DNA of 61,876 bases, filler included. It is 4 parts of 4 records of this genome, joined end to end, with 100 filler letters (N's around TTAATTAATTAA, not from the genome) between each part and the next. Parts side by side here need not be neighbours in the genome. Positions count along the whole stretch, not along the records: positions 43,100 to 61,876 come from SRR20825019_3103; 3 more parts are not named here. One strand, 5' to 3'. The notes under the pieces are model-generated. The model was not told the origin of the DNA. It did no database searches and saw nothing but the letters and a program-made list of their open reading frames with translations. Shown here one piece after another: positions 46,786 to 56,742 of this stretch (positions are counted from its first letter, which is position 1; the number at the start of each line of letters is the position of its first letter). The position numbers were made by a program, and so were the translations under genes.

Positions 46786-47478
46786 TTATTTAAAGTACTG
46801 TTTTACAAATGGAAGCATATATTCTACCCAAAGTTTATATTGTGCACCACTAGGATGCAAGCCATCTGAAGCAATTAAAGATTCATTGGAATATGCTTGC
46901 TTTGAAATTGTATTAATATCATAAACTGGAATCTTATAAGTGCTAGCTACTTTTTTAAAAACAGTATTAAATTCGTCTATTTCAACTGCTACTTGTTCTG
47001 CTTTATGGTGTAGCATTGGTGCAGAACCATAATCCGGAATATTTAAAGCAAACACACCTTTAGCGGCTTTTTTTGAATGTTTTATTGCTTTTTCAAAAAC
47101 CACTTTTAAGTCTTCCTCATAAGTAGTTATAGATTTTTTTTGATATTGATTATTTACGCCTATTAAAACTGAAACCGCATCGTAGGTTTCAGTTTCATCT
47201 AATCTATAATTAATAGCGCTTATAAGGTCGTCTGTACGCCAACCTGTTTTAGCTATAATTTTTATATCCCTAACCTTTAATCCATCACGATTTAAAGCTT
47301 CTTTTAGTTGATTGGGCCAACGATTATCTTCTGAAACATTTTGACCAATAGTATACGAGTCTCCTAGTGCCAAAAAAGAAACACCTTTTTTAGTATCTGA
47401 AACAGGAACACTTTTACATTGAAAAAATATACAAACTAAAACAACTAAAAGTATTTGAAAGGTATATTGAGTTTTCAT
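46786..47478 (-). CDS. SGNH/GDSL hydrolase, probable lipoprotein
   Basis: ALGDSYT, IGVNNQY, DGLHPS. Confidence 0.9.
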   Translation of the reverse strand: MKTQYTFQILLVVLVCIFFQCKSVPVSDTKKGVSFLALGDSYTIGQNVSEDNRWPNQLKEALNRDGLKVRDIKIIAKTGWRTDDLISAINYRLDETETYDAVSVLIGVNNQYQKKSITTYEEDLKVVFEKAIKHSKKAAKGVFALNIPDYGSAPMLHHKAEQVAVEIDEFNTVFKKVASTYKIPVYDINTISKQAYSNESLIASDGLHPSGAQYKLWVEYMLPFVKQYFK

Positions 47479-47825
47479 TCTTCAGAGATTTCCTTAGGGT
47501 GTTCTTTCTCATTTAAAGATTCTTCCAACAACTCCTCACCTAAGATTTTTTTCCATTTAAACAATTTTCGTTTCAACAACAAAAACCTTGATATTCCTAT
47601 TGTTAAAAATATCACACAAGAAACTAAAGCCAAATAACCAACCGAATGTAGCGTACTAAAATCTTTTAGTTGCAAAACCGCAATGCCGCCAATTAGCAAG
47701 TATAAAGAAGATCTTATATATGCCAAGAGCGTACGCTCGTTTGCTAAACGCGTACGCTCCAGTGCTAAAATTTCTCTAGTATTTGCGGGTACAGGACTTG
47801 TTCTAAAAGGGTTTTTCAGTTTCAT
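47475..47825 (-). CDS. DUF202 (YidH-like) membrane protein
   Basis: LALERTRLANERTLLAYIR. Confidence 0.9.
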   Translation of the reverse strand: MKLKNPFRTSPVPANTREILALERTRLANERTLLAYIRSSLYLLIGGIAVLQLKDFSTLHSVGYLALVSCVIFLTIGISRFLLLKRKLFKWKKILGEELLEESLNEKEHPKEISEE

Positions 47826-47858
47826 TTAGCATTATAAATAAAACAGAAAGATAATGAA

Positions 47859-48839
47859 TTACTCAATATAACCCATCTTTCTCATCCAATCGTCATTATA
47901 CATTTTACCAACATAACGGCTACCGTGATCGTGAAATAATACCACAACAACATCATCTTTTGAAAAGTGTTCTTTAAGTTGAAGTAATCCTTTAATAGCT
48001 GCTCCAGCAGAGTTCCCTAAGAACATACCTTCTTCTTTAGATAAGCGTTGTGTATAAACCGCAGCATCTTTATCTGTTACTTTGGTAAAACCATCTATGA
48101 TATCAAAATTTACATTTTTCGGCAAAATATCTTCACCAATACCTTCTGTAACGTAAGGATAAATTTCTTTCTCATCAAACTCTCCTGTTTCATGATACTT
48201 TTTAAAGACACTACCGTAAGTATCAACTCCCCATATTTTTACATTCGGGTTTTGTTCTTTTAAATATTTCCCAACACCAGAAATAGTACCACCAGTACCT
48301 ACTCCTACAACAAAGTGAGTTACCTTGCCATCTGTCTGTTCCCATATTTCTGGGCCAGTACTTTCATAGTGTGCTTTTGTATTGCTCAAATTATCATATT
48401 GATTAACATACCAAGAGTTTGGGATTTCTTTAGCTAATCTTGCTGAAGTAGAGTAATAAGACCTTGGATCATCTGGAGCAACATCTGTAGGGCAAACGTG
48501 TACTTCACTTCCTACAGCTCTTAAGATATCCATCTTTTCTTTACTCTGTTTGTCACTCAATACACAAATCATTTTATAGCCCTTAACAATAGCTGCTAAT
48601 GCTAATCCCATTCCTGTATTACCACTTGTGCCTTCTATTATTGTTCCGCCTGGTTTTAAGCGGCCATCTGCTTCTGCGTCTTCAATCATTTGTACCGCCA
48701 TACGATCTTTAACCGAGTTACCTGGATTAAATGTTTCATATTTAGCAAGTACTAGACAAGGTAGCTCTGCAGTAAGTTTGTTAAGTTTTACCATTGGTGT
48801 ATTTCCAATAGTACCCAATATATTTTCAGCGTATTGCAT
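47859..48839 (-). CDS. PLP-dependent cysteine synthase/cystathionine beta-synthase family protein
   Basis: NPGNSVKDR, EGTSGNTG, GVGTGGT. Confidence 0.92.
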   Translation of the reverse strand: MQYAENILGTIGNTPMVKLNKLTAELPCLVLAKYETFNPGNSVKDRMAVQMIEDAEADGRLKPGGTIIEGTSGNTGMGLALAAIVKGYKMICVLSDKQSKEKMDILRAVGSEVHVCPTDVAPDDPRSYYSTSARLAKEIPNSWYVNQYDNLSNTKAHYESTGPEIWEQTDGKVTHFVVGVGTGGTISGVGKYLKEQNPNVKIWGVDTYGSVFKKYHETGEFDEKEIYPYVTEGIGEDILPKNVNFDIIDGFTKVTDKDAAVYTQRLSKEEGMFLGNSAGAAIKGLLQLKEHFSKDDVVVVLFHDHGSRYVGKMYNDDWMRKMGYIE

Positions 48840-48858
48840 ATCTTTTATTTTGAAGGTG

Positions 48859-48866
48859 CAAAATTA
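48859..48866 (-). promoter_or_regulatory. Bacteroidota -7 promoter element
   Basis: TAATTTTG on the minus strand, 19 nt upstream of ATG 48839. Confidence 0.55.
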
Positions 48867-48909
48867 GTAAATGAAATTAGCAAAAAGGTTAATTCTGAGT
48901 AAAGAATCC

Positions 48910-50142
48910 CTAATCGAATTTTATTGCTTTTATAGGATTTATTTTTGAAATAACATAAGATGGTATGAGCAACATAAGCAAACACAAGGTTAGTGTTCCT
49001 AAGTTTACAAATAGAATATACCAACCAATATAAACTGGTGCTTCTGTCACATAATAGGTTTCTGGATTAAGCGGAAGTACCTTAAAGTATTTCTGAATAA
49101 ACAATAATCCTAGACCGATTAGGTTACCCCAAAATAATCCTACAACAATTAGGTAACCTGCATTATAAAGGAAAATCTTTCTAATACTATTGTCATTACT
49201 ACCAAGTGCTTTTAAGATTCCTATCATTTGTGTACGCTCTAATATTAAAACTAAGAGCGCTGTAATCATATTAATACCTGCAATAAGGATCATTATTCCT
49301 ATTATAAGAGCAATATTAAAATCGAACAGTCCAAGCCATTCAAAAATTGAGTAATACTGTTGTTTTATGGTTTTAGAATCTAAGGTAGAATCTATGTGTT
49401 CATACACCTCAACCCCTTTTTCTTCAAGTTCACTAAAGTCATCTATAAAAACCTCAAAGTGTCCAACATCATTATCATTCCATTTATTTAAACGTCTTAT
49501 ATGCCTTATATCTCCTATGACATAGGTTTCATCAAATTCCTGAAAACCTGAATTATATATCCCAACAACTTTAAACGCTCTCAACAAAGGCCTCTCTAAT
49601 GTGTTATCTCTTAAAAAGTAGGTAACTGCTTTATCACCTAATGTTATATTTAGTCGATTAGACATATATTCAGAAATAAGAACTTCATCATTTAAAGACT
49701 CCTTGTAATTTGGCAATCTGCCTTGCATTACGTAATCTTTAAACACGTCCCAATTATAATCTGTATCTAAACCTTTTATTACAACACCTTCAAAATCATC
49801 TTCAGTTCTAATCACACCAGCTTTAAATGCTACACCTTGTACATGAGTAATACCATTTACACTCTTAAATTCTGGGTAAAAGTCTTGATTTTTAGATATA
49901 GGTTTTAAACTAACCTTGGCGTTGTTATTATCGAAATTTGAAATGGTTATATGCCCATTAAACGCAGATATCTTATCTCGTATCTTATTCTGCAATCCTA
50001 AACCTGTTGCAAATGCAATAAGCATCATAATAACACCCACAGCAATTGCCACGATAGCAATTTTAATTATCGGTGCCGAAATGCTACTTTTATACGATTT
50101 TGAGCCAATAAGCCGTTTGGCAATAAAGCGTTCGAGATTCAA
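48910..50142 (-). CDS. ABC transporter permease, LolC/E-FtsX family
   Basis: TM1, periplasmic domain, ILERTQMIGILKALG, YYVTEAP. Confidence 0.88.
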   Translation of the reverse strand: MNLERFIAKRLIGSKSYKSSISAPIIKIAIVAIAVGVIMMLIAFATGLGLQNKIRDKISAFNGHITISNFDNNNAKVSLKPISKNQDFYPEFKSVNGITHVQGVAFKAGVIRTEDDFEGVVIKGLDTDYNWDVFKDYVMQGRLPNYKESLNDEVLISEYMSNRLNITLGDKAVTYFLRDNTLERPLLRAFKVVGIYNSGFQEFDETYVIGDIRHIRRLNKWNDNDVGHFEVFIDDFSELEEKGVEVYEHIDSTLDSKTIKQQYYSIFEWLGLFDFNIALIIGIMILIAGINMITALLVLILERTQMIGILKALGSNDNSIRKIFLYNAGYLIVVGLFWGNLIGLGLLFIQKYFKVLPLNPETYYVTEAPVYIGWYILFVNLGTLTLCLLMLLIPSYVISKINPIKAIKFD

Positions 50143-50153
50143 ATGATTAATTT

Positions 50154-51422
50154 ATGATGAATATGTGGTTCAAAAATACAGCTTTTGTAATGGTTTTTAC
50201 TTTCCTATCCTGCGGAAATGGAAAAACTCAAGTAAATAATACGTCCAAAGCTTCAGAAAACGAAAAAGTTAAGACAACCCAATCTACCACAACCCGATCA
50301 CCACAACGCGGACTTTCGGTAACTGTTGGCGCCAATCAATTTGAGGAATACCTTCCGCTTTTAAAAGACAAGAAAGTGGCAATTGTTGGTAACCAAACCT
50401 CAATTGTTTTTAAAAATAGCGGATATGTTCACCTTGTAGATACACTTCTTTCTAAAGGAGTTACTATTACTAAAGTATTTGCACCAGAACACGGTTTTAG
50501 AGGACAAGCAGATGCTGGAGAAAAAGTAAACGACTCTAAAGACACTAAAACAAGACTACCCATAATTTCATTATATGGTAATAATAAAAAACCTAGTGTT
50601 GAGCAGTTAAATAATGTAGATGTTATTGTGTTTGACATACAAGATGTTGGCGCACGTTTTTACACTTACATTTCAACATTACATTATATTATGGAAGCTT
50701 GTGCAGAACAAGGTAAACCGCTTATAGTTTTAGACAGGCCAAATCCTAATGGGCATTATGCAGATGGCCCATTATTAGACCAAAAACATTCTAGCTTTGT
50801 AGGTATGCATCCTGTGCCAGTTGTACATGGTATGACAATAGGTGAATATGCACAGATGATTAGTGGTGAAGGCTGGTTAGACACTCCTAAAAAGACCGAC
50901 CTTACTGTAATACCTGTTAAAAATTACAATAAGTCTATGCCATATAGCTTACCTATTAAGCCATCACCTAACTTACCTAACTCCACTGCTGTAAATTTAT
51001 ATCCTACATTGTGTTTTTTTGAAGGCACTAATGTTAATGCAGGTCGCGGTACCAATAAGCAGTTTCAGGTGTTTGGCTCACCATATTTAAATCCTGAGAT
51101 TTATAATTTTAAATACACTCCCAAAGCAAATGAAGGGTCAAAATACCCTAAGCATTTAGGAGAATTATGTTATGGGTTTGATTTAAGCGAAAACAATAAA
51201 CGTTTCACAGAGCTTCATTTAGAAATTTTAATTTCTGCCTATAACAACACAGCAAACAAAGCTGAATTCTTCAATTCATTTTTCACAAAATTAGCAGGAA
51301 CTACAACCTTACAAGAACAAATTGAAAGTGGATTAACAGCTGAAGAAATTTCTGAAACTTGGCAAGAAGGTTTAAAAATTTACAACCAAGTAAGAACAGC
51401 TTATGAACTTTATAAAAGATAG
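50154..51422 (+). CDS. namZ: DUF1343 exo-beta-N-acetylmuramidase NamZ-family lipoprotein
   Basis: FAPEHGFRG, FDIQDVGARFYTY, VLDRPNPNG, HGMTIGE, PSPNLP. Confidence 0.85.
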   Translation: MMNMWFKNTAFVMVFTFLSCGNGKTQVNNTSKASENEKVKTTQSTTTRSPQRGLSVTVGANQFEEYLPLLKDKKVAIVGNQTSIVFKNSGYVHLVDTLLSKGVTITKVFAPEHGFRGQADAGEKVNDSKDTKTRLPIISLYGNNKKPSVEQLNNVDVIVFDIQDVGARFYTYISTLHYIMEACAEQGKPLIVLDRPNPNGHYADGPLLDQKHSSFVGMHPVPVVHGMTIGEYAQMISGEGWLDTPKKTDLTVIPVKNYNKSMPYSLPIKPSPNLPNSTAVNLYPTLCFFEGTNVNAGRGTNKQFQVFGSPYLNPEIYNFKYTPKANEGSKYPKHLGELCYGFDLSENNKRFTELHLEILISAYNNTANKAEFFNSFFTKLAGTTTLQEQIESGLTAEEISETWQEGLKIYNQVRTAYELYKR

Positions 51423-51460
51423 TCGCCATAACCTTTAAACATACATATACTTTAGACGAT

Positions 51461-52270
51461 TTGGAGATTTTGGTTTCAACTATGAACCGAAATAACTTCG
51501 ATTTTCTTAAAGCGATGTTTGTGAATATCCCAATTGAGAATTATCACATCCTTATAATTAATCAAACTACTGGAAACAATAAACTTGAAAGTGATTTTGA
51601 GAATGTTCGAGTAATAAATACTACAGAACTTGGTTTGTCTAAAAGCAGAAACATGGCATTAAAACAAGCTCGAAAAAAAATTGTTCTCATTGCCGATGAT
51701 GACGTTGTCTATTTAAAAGATTTTGGACAACACATAATACAAAGTTTCAACAGACAAACAGATGCCGATTTTATTTCATTTAAAACCATAGTAAATGAAA
51801 ATGCAAAACCTTTTAGAAATTATGTAAAAGTACCAAGAGCTTTAAAAAAGAAAGAATTAAGAAGAATCTTATCTATTGAAATGTGCTTTAAAAAAGGGTC
51901 TATAAAACAAGCCCGATTTAATGAGTGGTTTGGTTTAGGTGCTAAGTTTCCAAATATGAGTAATCAATTTTTCTTGAAGGATTTATGGCAACAAGGCCTT
52001 AAGTTTTATGAAGACCCTACACCAATAGTTTTACACGAACCTATATCCTCAAGTGACGAAGTTTCTACAGACAGAATTCTATATACTCGTGGCGCAGTTT
52101 TTTATAAAAAATACGGTAGCTTTGCTTATCTGTATGTAGCAAAATATGGTTTTTTTATGCTTAGAAAAGGTTATGTATCTATCTCTAAGCTTCCAAAAAA
52201 GCTATGGAAAATGCAAGAAGGCATTAGTGATTATAAACAACTTTTAAAACAAGGACTTGACAGAAGATAA
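51461..52270 (+). CDS. glycosyltransferase family 2
   Basis: GLSKSRN..L, IADDD. Confidence 0.85.
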   Translation: MEILVSTMNRNNFDFLKAMFVNIPIENYHILIINQTTGNNKLESDFENVRVINTTELGLSKSRNMALKQARKKIVLIADDDVVYLKDFGQHIIQSFNRQTDADFISFKTIVNENAKPFRNYVKVPRALKKKELRRILSIEMCFKKGSIKQARFNEWFGLGAKFPNMSNQFFLKDLWQQGLKFYEDPTPIVLHEPISSSDEVSTDRILYTRGAVFYKKYGSFAYLYVAKYGFFMLRKGYVSISKLPKKLWKMQEGISDYKQLLKQGLDRR

Positions 52271-52673
52271 GACCACCGTAAAAGACGTAACGTTTTTAGA
52301 TATTCCAAAAATTATAGACCCAAGAGGCAACTTAGCAGTTATAGAACAACAAACTATTCCGTTTTCTCATAAACGTGTATACTATTTATTTGATGTTCCA
52401 GAAGGTGCTAAACGTGGCGGTCATTCCCATATAGAGCAATCTGAAGTTTTAATTGCTTTAAATGGCAGTTTTACCGTAATTGTAGATGATAGTGAAGACA
52501 AAAAACGTGTTACTTTAGATAACCCATTAAAAGGATTACTAATACCTAATGGTATTTGGAGAGAACTTGAAGACTTCACAAAAGGAAGTGTATGCTTAGT
52601 ACTCGCTAGTGATATTTTTGAGGAGGCAGATTATATTAGAGAATACACCGACTTTAAATCATCTAAAAGTTGA
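52257..52673 (+). CDS. fdtA: sugar 3,4-ketoisomerase (FdtA/QdtA, WxcM-like cupin)
   Basis: DPRGNL, RVYYLFDVP..RGGHSH, CLVLAS..DYIR.Y. Confidence 0.88.
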   Translation: MTEDKTTVKDVTFLDIPKIIDPRGNLAVIEQQTIPFSHKRVYYLFDVPEGAKRGGHSHIEQSEVLIALNGSFTVIVDDSEDKKRVTLDNPLKGLLIPNGIWRELEDFTKGSVCLVLASDIFEEADYIREYTDFKSSKS

Positions 52674-53594
52674 TATATAAAAACCTTTTTCTAATAAAAA
52701 CTGATGTATTTCTTTTAATGTAACCACTAAACCTACAGGTAGTTTTAAAAGTAATTTCTGTTTTTTATTCAGGTTTTCTAACTCAATTTGATTTTTCCAA
52801 AACTTATAATTTTTTGAATCTTTAGCTAATCGATATGCCAATGCAATTGCATATCTGTTATTATCTAAATACACCTTTAAATCTTTAGACTTACGTTCTG
52901 CTTCATTAAATTGATTAAAGTCCGGAAAGACTTTATCATCTATTTTCAGGTTACTTACTCTGCCCTTAATATTAATTAAATGTGTAACAGTGACAATATT
53001 ATACAATGCTACTTTGCCTTGTAATGCTAAGGTTGTCCAAAGTTCTATGTCTTCTCCATGAGTAACACCTTCAGTAAAACCTCCAACTTCAATAAACTTT
53101 GCTTTATTAATTGCTACAGCGCCCATACCTGCAATTGTAAATGGCAATGAATTTTTAAAATATGCACTAACCACACCTTTATAACCATCTGCTATTGTTC
53201 CAAACTGAGCTCTAATTTTACTTTTTTCAGATTTTTGCTTTATATAACCCATACAATAAAGTGCATAAGAAGGCATATCAACTATAAGATTATGCAAGGC
53301 ATCTAAATGATTTGGCTTCCAGATATCATCTGCATCTAAAAAGGCGATGTAATTAGAAGTTGCTTTTGTTACGCCGTAATTACGAGCAGTTGACACACCC
53401 TTATTGTCTTTTGAGTAAATTACAATTCTATCATCTGTAAAAGATTCAGCAATTTTCAAACTGTTATCTGTAGAACCATCATTTACGATGATTACCTCAA
53501 AATCATCAAAAGACTGCAATAACACAGAGTTCAACGTACGCTCAACATATTCTGCTTTATTGAATAACGGTATGATTACTGAAAAAAATGGCAT
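52659..53594 (-). CDS. glycosyltransferase family 2
   Basis: SVIIPLFN, VNDGSTD, AFLDADD, GED. Confidence 0.92.
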   Translation of the reverse strand: MPFFSVIIPLFNKAEYVERTLNSVLLQSFDDFEVIIVNDGSTDNSLKIAESFTDDRIVIYSKDNKGVSTARNYGVTKATSNYIAFLDADDIWKPNHLDALHNLIVDMPSYALYCMGYIKQKSEKSKIRAQFGTIADGYKGVVSAYFKNSLPFTIAGMGAVAINKAKFIEVGGFTEGVTHGEDIELWTTLALQGKVALYNIVTVTHLINIKGRVSNLKIDDKVFPDFNQFNEAERKSKDLKVYLDNNRYAIALAYRLAKDSKNYKFWKNQIELENLNKKQKLLLKLPVGLVVTLKEIHQFLLEKGFYISTFR

Positions 53595-54484
53595 TAGTTA
53601 TAAAGTTTACTATAGTGATACAACTTAAATAAATCAAAACATCTAATTGAAGGTGATGCACTATTTAGGTTCGCCATGATATATTTTGAGAATAGGCTAT
53701 ATAAGTTTTGAAATATGGCTGTCATGTAAAATTGATTAAGCGACAAATATGCTTTATGTAGCGGTCGTTCTTTGGCTGCCAAATTACCTGCTTCTACTTG
53801 CTGCTTTAGTGTTGTTAAAGCTTCAATTTGTTTAGGTAAATATCTATGTATAGGTTCTAGTCCTAAATGATATACGGGATTATGAATATGTTTAACACTT
53901 TTACCACTTTGCTTTATCGCTTCTAAAAAAATAATATCTGTCCCATAATTAGATGTCGCATTAGTACTTGTTAATTGTATAAACGATGACTTCTGTACAC
54001 ACATGTTTGCTGAAACAATAGTGTTATAAGGGTTATTTTGCCTCACCGTTACATCTCGCTGTTCTCGAGTCTTACCATATAACCAATGCAATCTCAATTC
54101 TTTTGCAGGAGAAACATCATCCTTATAAGACACACCTCCAAAAACAAAAGGATGACTCAATTCTGTCTCAAGTAAATATTGCTTTAAAAAATTAGACGCG
54201 AACGGTAAAACATCTGCATCTAAGAACAGCAACCAATTAAATTTGGCTGCATTTGCTAAAGCTAATCTAGACTGTAACCTTCCTTTGTTTTTAGCCTGCC
54301 TTATTATGGTCACTAAGGGACGTTTCTCTAAAATTTCAAGTTCTAATGTAATATTGGAATTGGTTGATCCGTCATCTAAAATAATGATTTCTAGAGGCTC
54401 CTTAATCGTCTTGGCTTGCTCTTCAAGGCTATTAACCAAGGTGCTGCAACTATCATTATATGTAGGGATGAGAATAGAAAGCAA
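53594..54484 (-). CDS. glycosyltransferase family 2
   Basis: SILIPTYN, LDDGS, FLDAD. Confidence 0.9.
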   Translation of the reverse strand: MLSILIPTYNDSCSTLVNSLEEQAKTIKEPLEIIILDDGSTNSNITLELEILEKRPLVTIIRQAKNKGRLQSRLALANAAKFNWLLFLDADVLPFASNFLKQYLLETELSHPFVFGGVSYKDDVSPAKELRLHWLYGKTREQRDVTVRQNNPYNTIVSANMCVQKSSFIQLTSTNATSNYGTDIIFLEAIKQSGKSVKHIHNPVYHLGLEPIHRYLPKQIEALTTLKQQVEAGNLAAKERPLHKAYLSLNQFYMTAIFQNLYSLFSKYIMANLNSASPSIRCFDLFKLYHYSKLYN

Positions 54485-54525
54485 TAATAAAATATTTATC
54501 TTGCAAAGATATTCAATTAATCATA

Positions 54526-55794
54526 GTGGCTCTAAAATATAAATCAAGTTACAAAACGCTATATCTACTTCTTAGCATTTCTGTCATTTGGTATGTCTTG
54601 GTATTTACAAGTATAAATCTGTGGAGCCAGAATTCAATTTATGTAGACTGCTCTACTTACCTAAAAGCTGCACAATTATTAATCTATGATTTTCAGCCTC
54701 ACCAATGGCGACCTTTAGGTATGGCGATTTATGCGACTATACCAGGTGCATTAGGGCAAGATTATCAAAGTGTTTTTACCTATGTAAAACCAATAAACCT
54801 TTTACTTTGGTTAGGCTGCATAACCTTCCTATACCTCATTATCTTAAAGCTAAGCAATAGGAAATTCGCTTTTTATGGTGCACTTTTATTTATGTCCTGT
54901 ATAGGTTTAACAGTATTAAATAATTTATTGCTTTCTGAAATTCCTTGGTTATTCTGCATTCTCATAGGTATTTATGGCCTAACAAAACATAAGATTGATA
55001 ACAGTATTTTATGGCTGAGTGTTGGGATAGCTTTTATAATCATATCTATTGAATTTAGACCAATTTCAAAATTCATAATACTTTTATTACTATTAATTTA
55101 TGGGTCTACATTTTTAAAATCTTTAGCATCTAAAAGTCGTTTTTTTGTTGCCGCTGCTGCTTTAATCATTTTAGGACAATGTAGCTTAATGAAGCAAGAG
55201 TATGGTGATTTTACAATTAGCTACATAGATTCGTTTACAGTACACCATTACCTAACAGAGCCTGCTGCTTTTGCTACATCTAATTACACAGACCGCAAAG
55301 CTTTCGAAGACGATTGGATGGCTCCTTATTTTAATAAACGATATACAGAGCGTCGTGAATATGCTACTTCTAAATTTATTACTGAAATTTCAGAAAACCC
55401 TTTTGGTGTAATAAACGTGTACTTAAAAAACCAATTGCACAATCTCACCACTCCAAGTTTGTATGTGTTAGATGCTAAAAATTTAAAGAACACACCTTAC
55501 TTTACATTAAGCAAGACTATACTATTACTGCTTTCAAAATTCCAAAATATTGCATTTTCGTGTTTAGGGATAGTAGGTTTATTATTAACGCTTTTCCTTG
55601 CTTTTAAAAAGCAACTACAATTTAAAGAAGATAAATTACTGCTATTTATTTCGTTATCCTTAGGATATACAATAACGGTTATAGGGATTTCTGCAGAACA
55701 ATATGACAGGCTCAACGTTCCTAACTATGCCTTAATTATTATTTTGAGTGTTTTATTATATCCAAAACTTAAGTCTTTAAGTAAGGCTAAGTAG
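54526..55794 (+). CDS. polytopic membrane protein, possibly GT-C (ArnT/PMT-like) glycosyltransferase
   Basis: Many TM helices; D..Y...A..RP.G loop after TM1, LLSE, FRP. Confidence 0.55.
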   Translation: MALKYKSSYKTLYLLLSISVIWYVLVFTSINLWSQNSIYVDCSTYLKAAQLLIYDFQPHQWRPLGMAIYATIPGALGQDYQSVFTYVKPINLLLWLGCITFLYLIILKLSNRKFAFYGALLFMSCIGLTVLNNLLLSEIPWLFCILIGIYGLTKHKIDNSILWLSVGIAFIIISIEFRPISKFIILLLLLIYGSTFLKSLASKSRFFVAAAALIILGQCSLMKQEYGDFTISYIDSFTVHHYLTEPAAFATSNYTDRKAFEDDWMAPYFNKRYTERREYATSKFITEISENPFGVINVYLKNQLHNLTTPSLYVLDAKNLKNTPYFTLSKTILLLLSKFQNIAFSCLGIVGLLLTLFLAFKKQLQFKEDKLLLFISLSLGYTITVIGISAEQYDRLNVPNYALIIILSVLLYPKLKSLSKAK

Positions 55795-56476
55795 TTTGTT
55801 TTTTCTGAACAACCTCAAATACCTTTTGTCCATCACACTTTAAAGTTTTTGAAGGATATTTAAGGAGTAAAGCATAATCATGTGTTGCCATTAAAATAGT
55901 GTTGCCATTTTTATTTATGTCTTGCAACACTTCCATAACCTCAACACTCGTTTGCGGGTCAAGGTTACCTGTTGGCTCATCTGCCAAAATAAGTTCTGGA
56001 TCATTAAGCAAAGCTCTTGCTATTGCAACTCTCTGTTGCTCGCCACCAGATAATTGGTAAGGAAACTTAAAGGCTTTGGTTTTCATGCCAACCTTATCAA
56101 GAACTTCGTCTATCTTACTATCCATCCCTTTTTTGTCTTTCCAGCCAGTTGCTTTAAGAACAAACTCTAAATTACCTCGAATAGTTCTGTCATTCAATAA
56201 TTTAAAATCTTGAAATACTACACCTAACTTTCGTCTTAAAAAGGGAATATCTTTCTCTTTTAATGTTCGCAGGTTATAATCTACTATACTACCTTCACCT
56301 TCTTGCAATGGTAAATCGCCGTATAGTGTTTTCATAAAACTACTCTTCCCTGTTCCTGTTTTTCCTATTAAATACACAAAGTCACCTTTGTTTATATGCA
56401 CATCTACTTCAGAAAGTATAAGGCTTTCACGTTGATAAATTGCTGCATTTTTAAGTTCTAAAACAGTTTCAGACAT
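55787..56476 (-). CDS. ftsE: FtsE-like ABC ATP-binding protein
   Basis: GKTGTGKS, IPFLRRKLGVVFQDFKLL, LSGGEQQR, DEPTGNLDP. Confidence 0.88.
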   Translation of the reverse strand: MSETVLELKNAAIYQRESLILSEVDVHINKGDFVYLIGKTGTGKSSFMKTLYGDLPLQEGEGSIVDYNLRTLKEKDIPFLRRKLGVVFQDFKLLNDRTIRGNLEFVLKATGWKDKKGMDSKIDEVLDKVGMKTKAFKFPYQLSGGEQQRVAIARALLNDPELILADEPTGNLDPQTSVEVMEVLQDINKNGNTILMATHDYALLLKYPSKTLKCDGQKVFEVVQKKQTT

Positions 56477-56742
56477 TGGTGTAGGTTTTGGGTTAAAAGT
56501 ACAAATTTTAGCTAATGAGGCGTAAAATGTTGCTATAGTTTTTAATATACAGACAACATATTTAAAAAAGCTTCTCTTCTATAACTTCAACTTAAACACC
56601 TTAGTATCATCATAAATTTACTGTTGTATAATTACCTACGTTAAAGCTGTATAAGATTTGCATAATTATAACAGAACTTTCACGTTATGATAGTCATGAA
56701 CTTGTAATTTAGTTCTCCAGAACCTACTAACAATTATTTATA

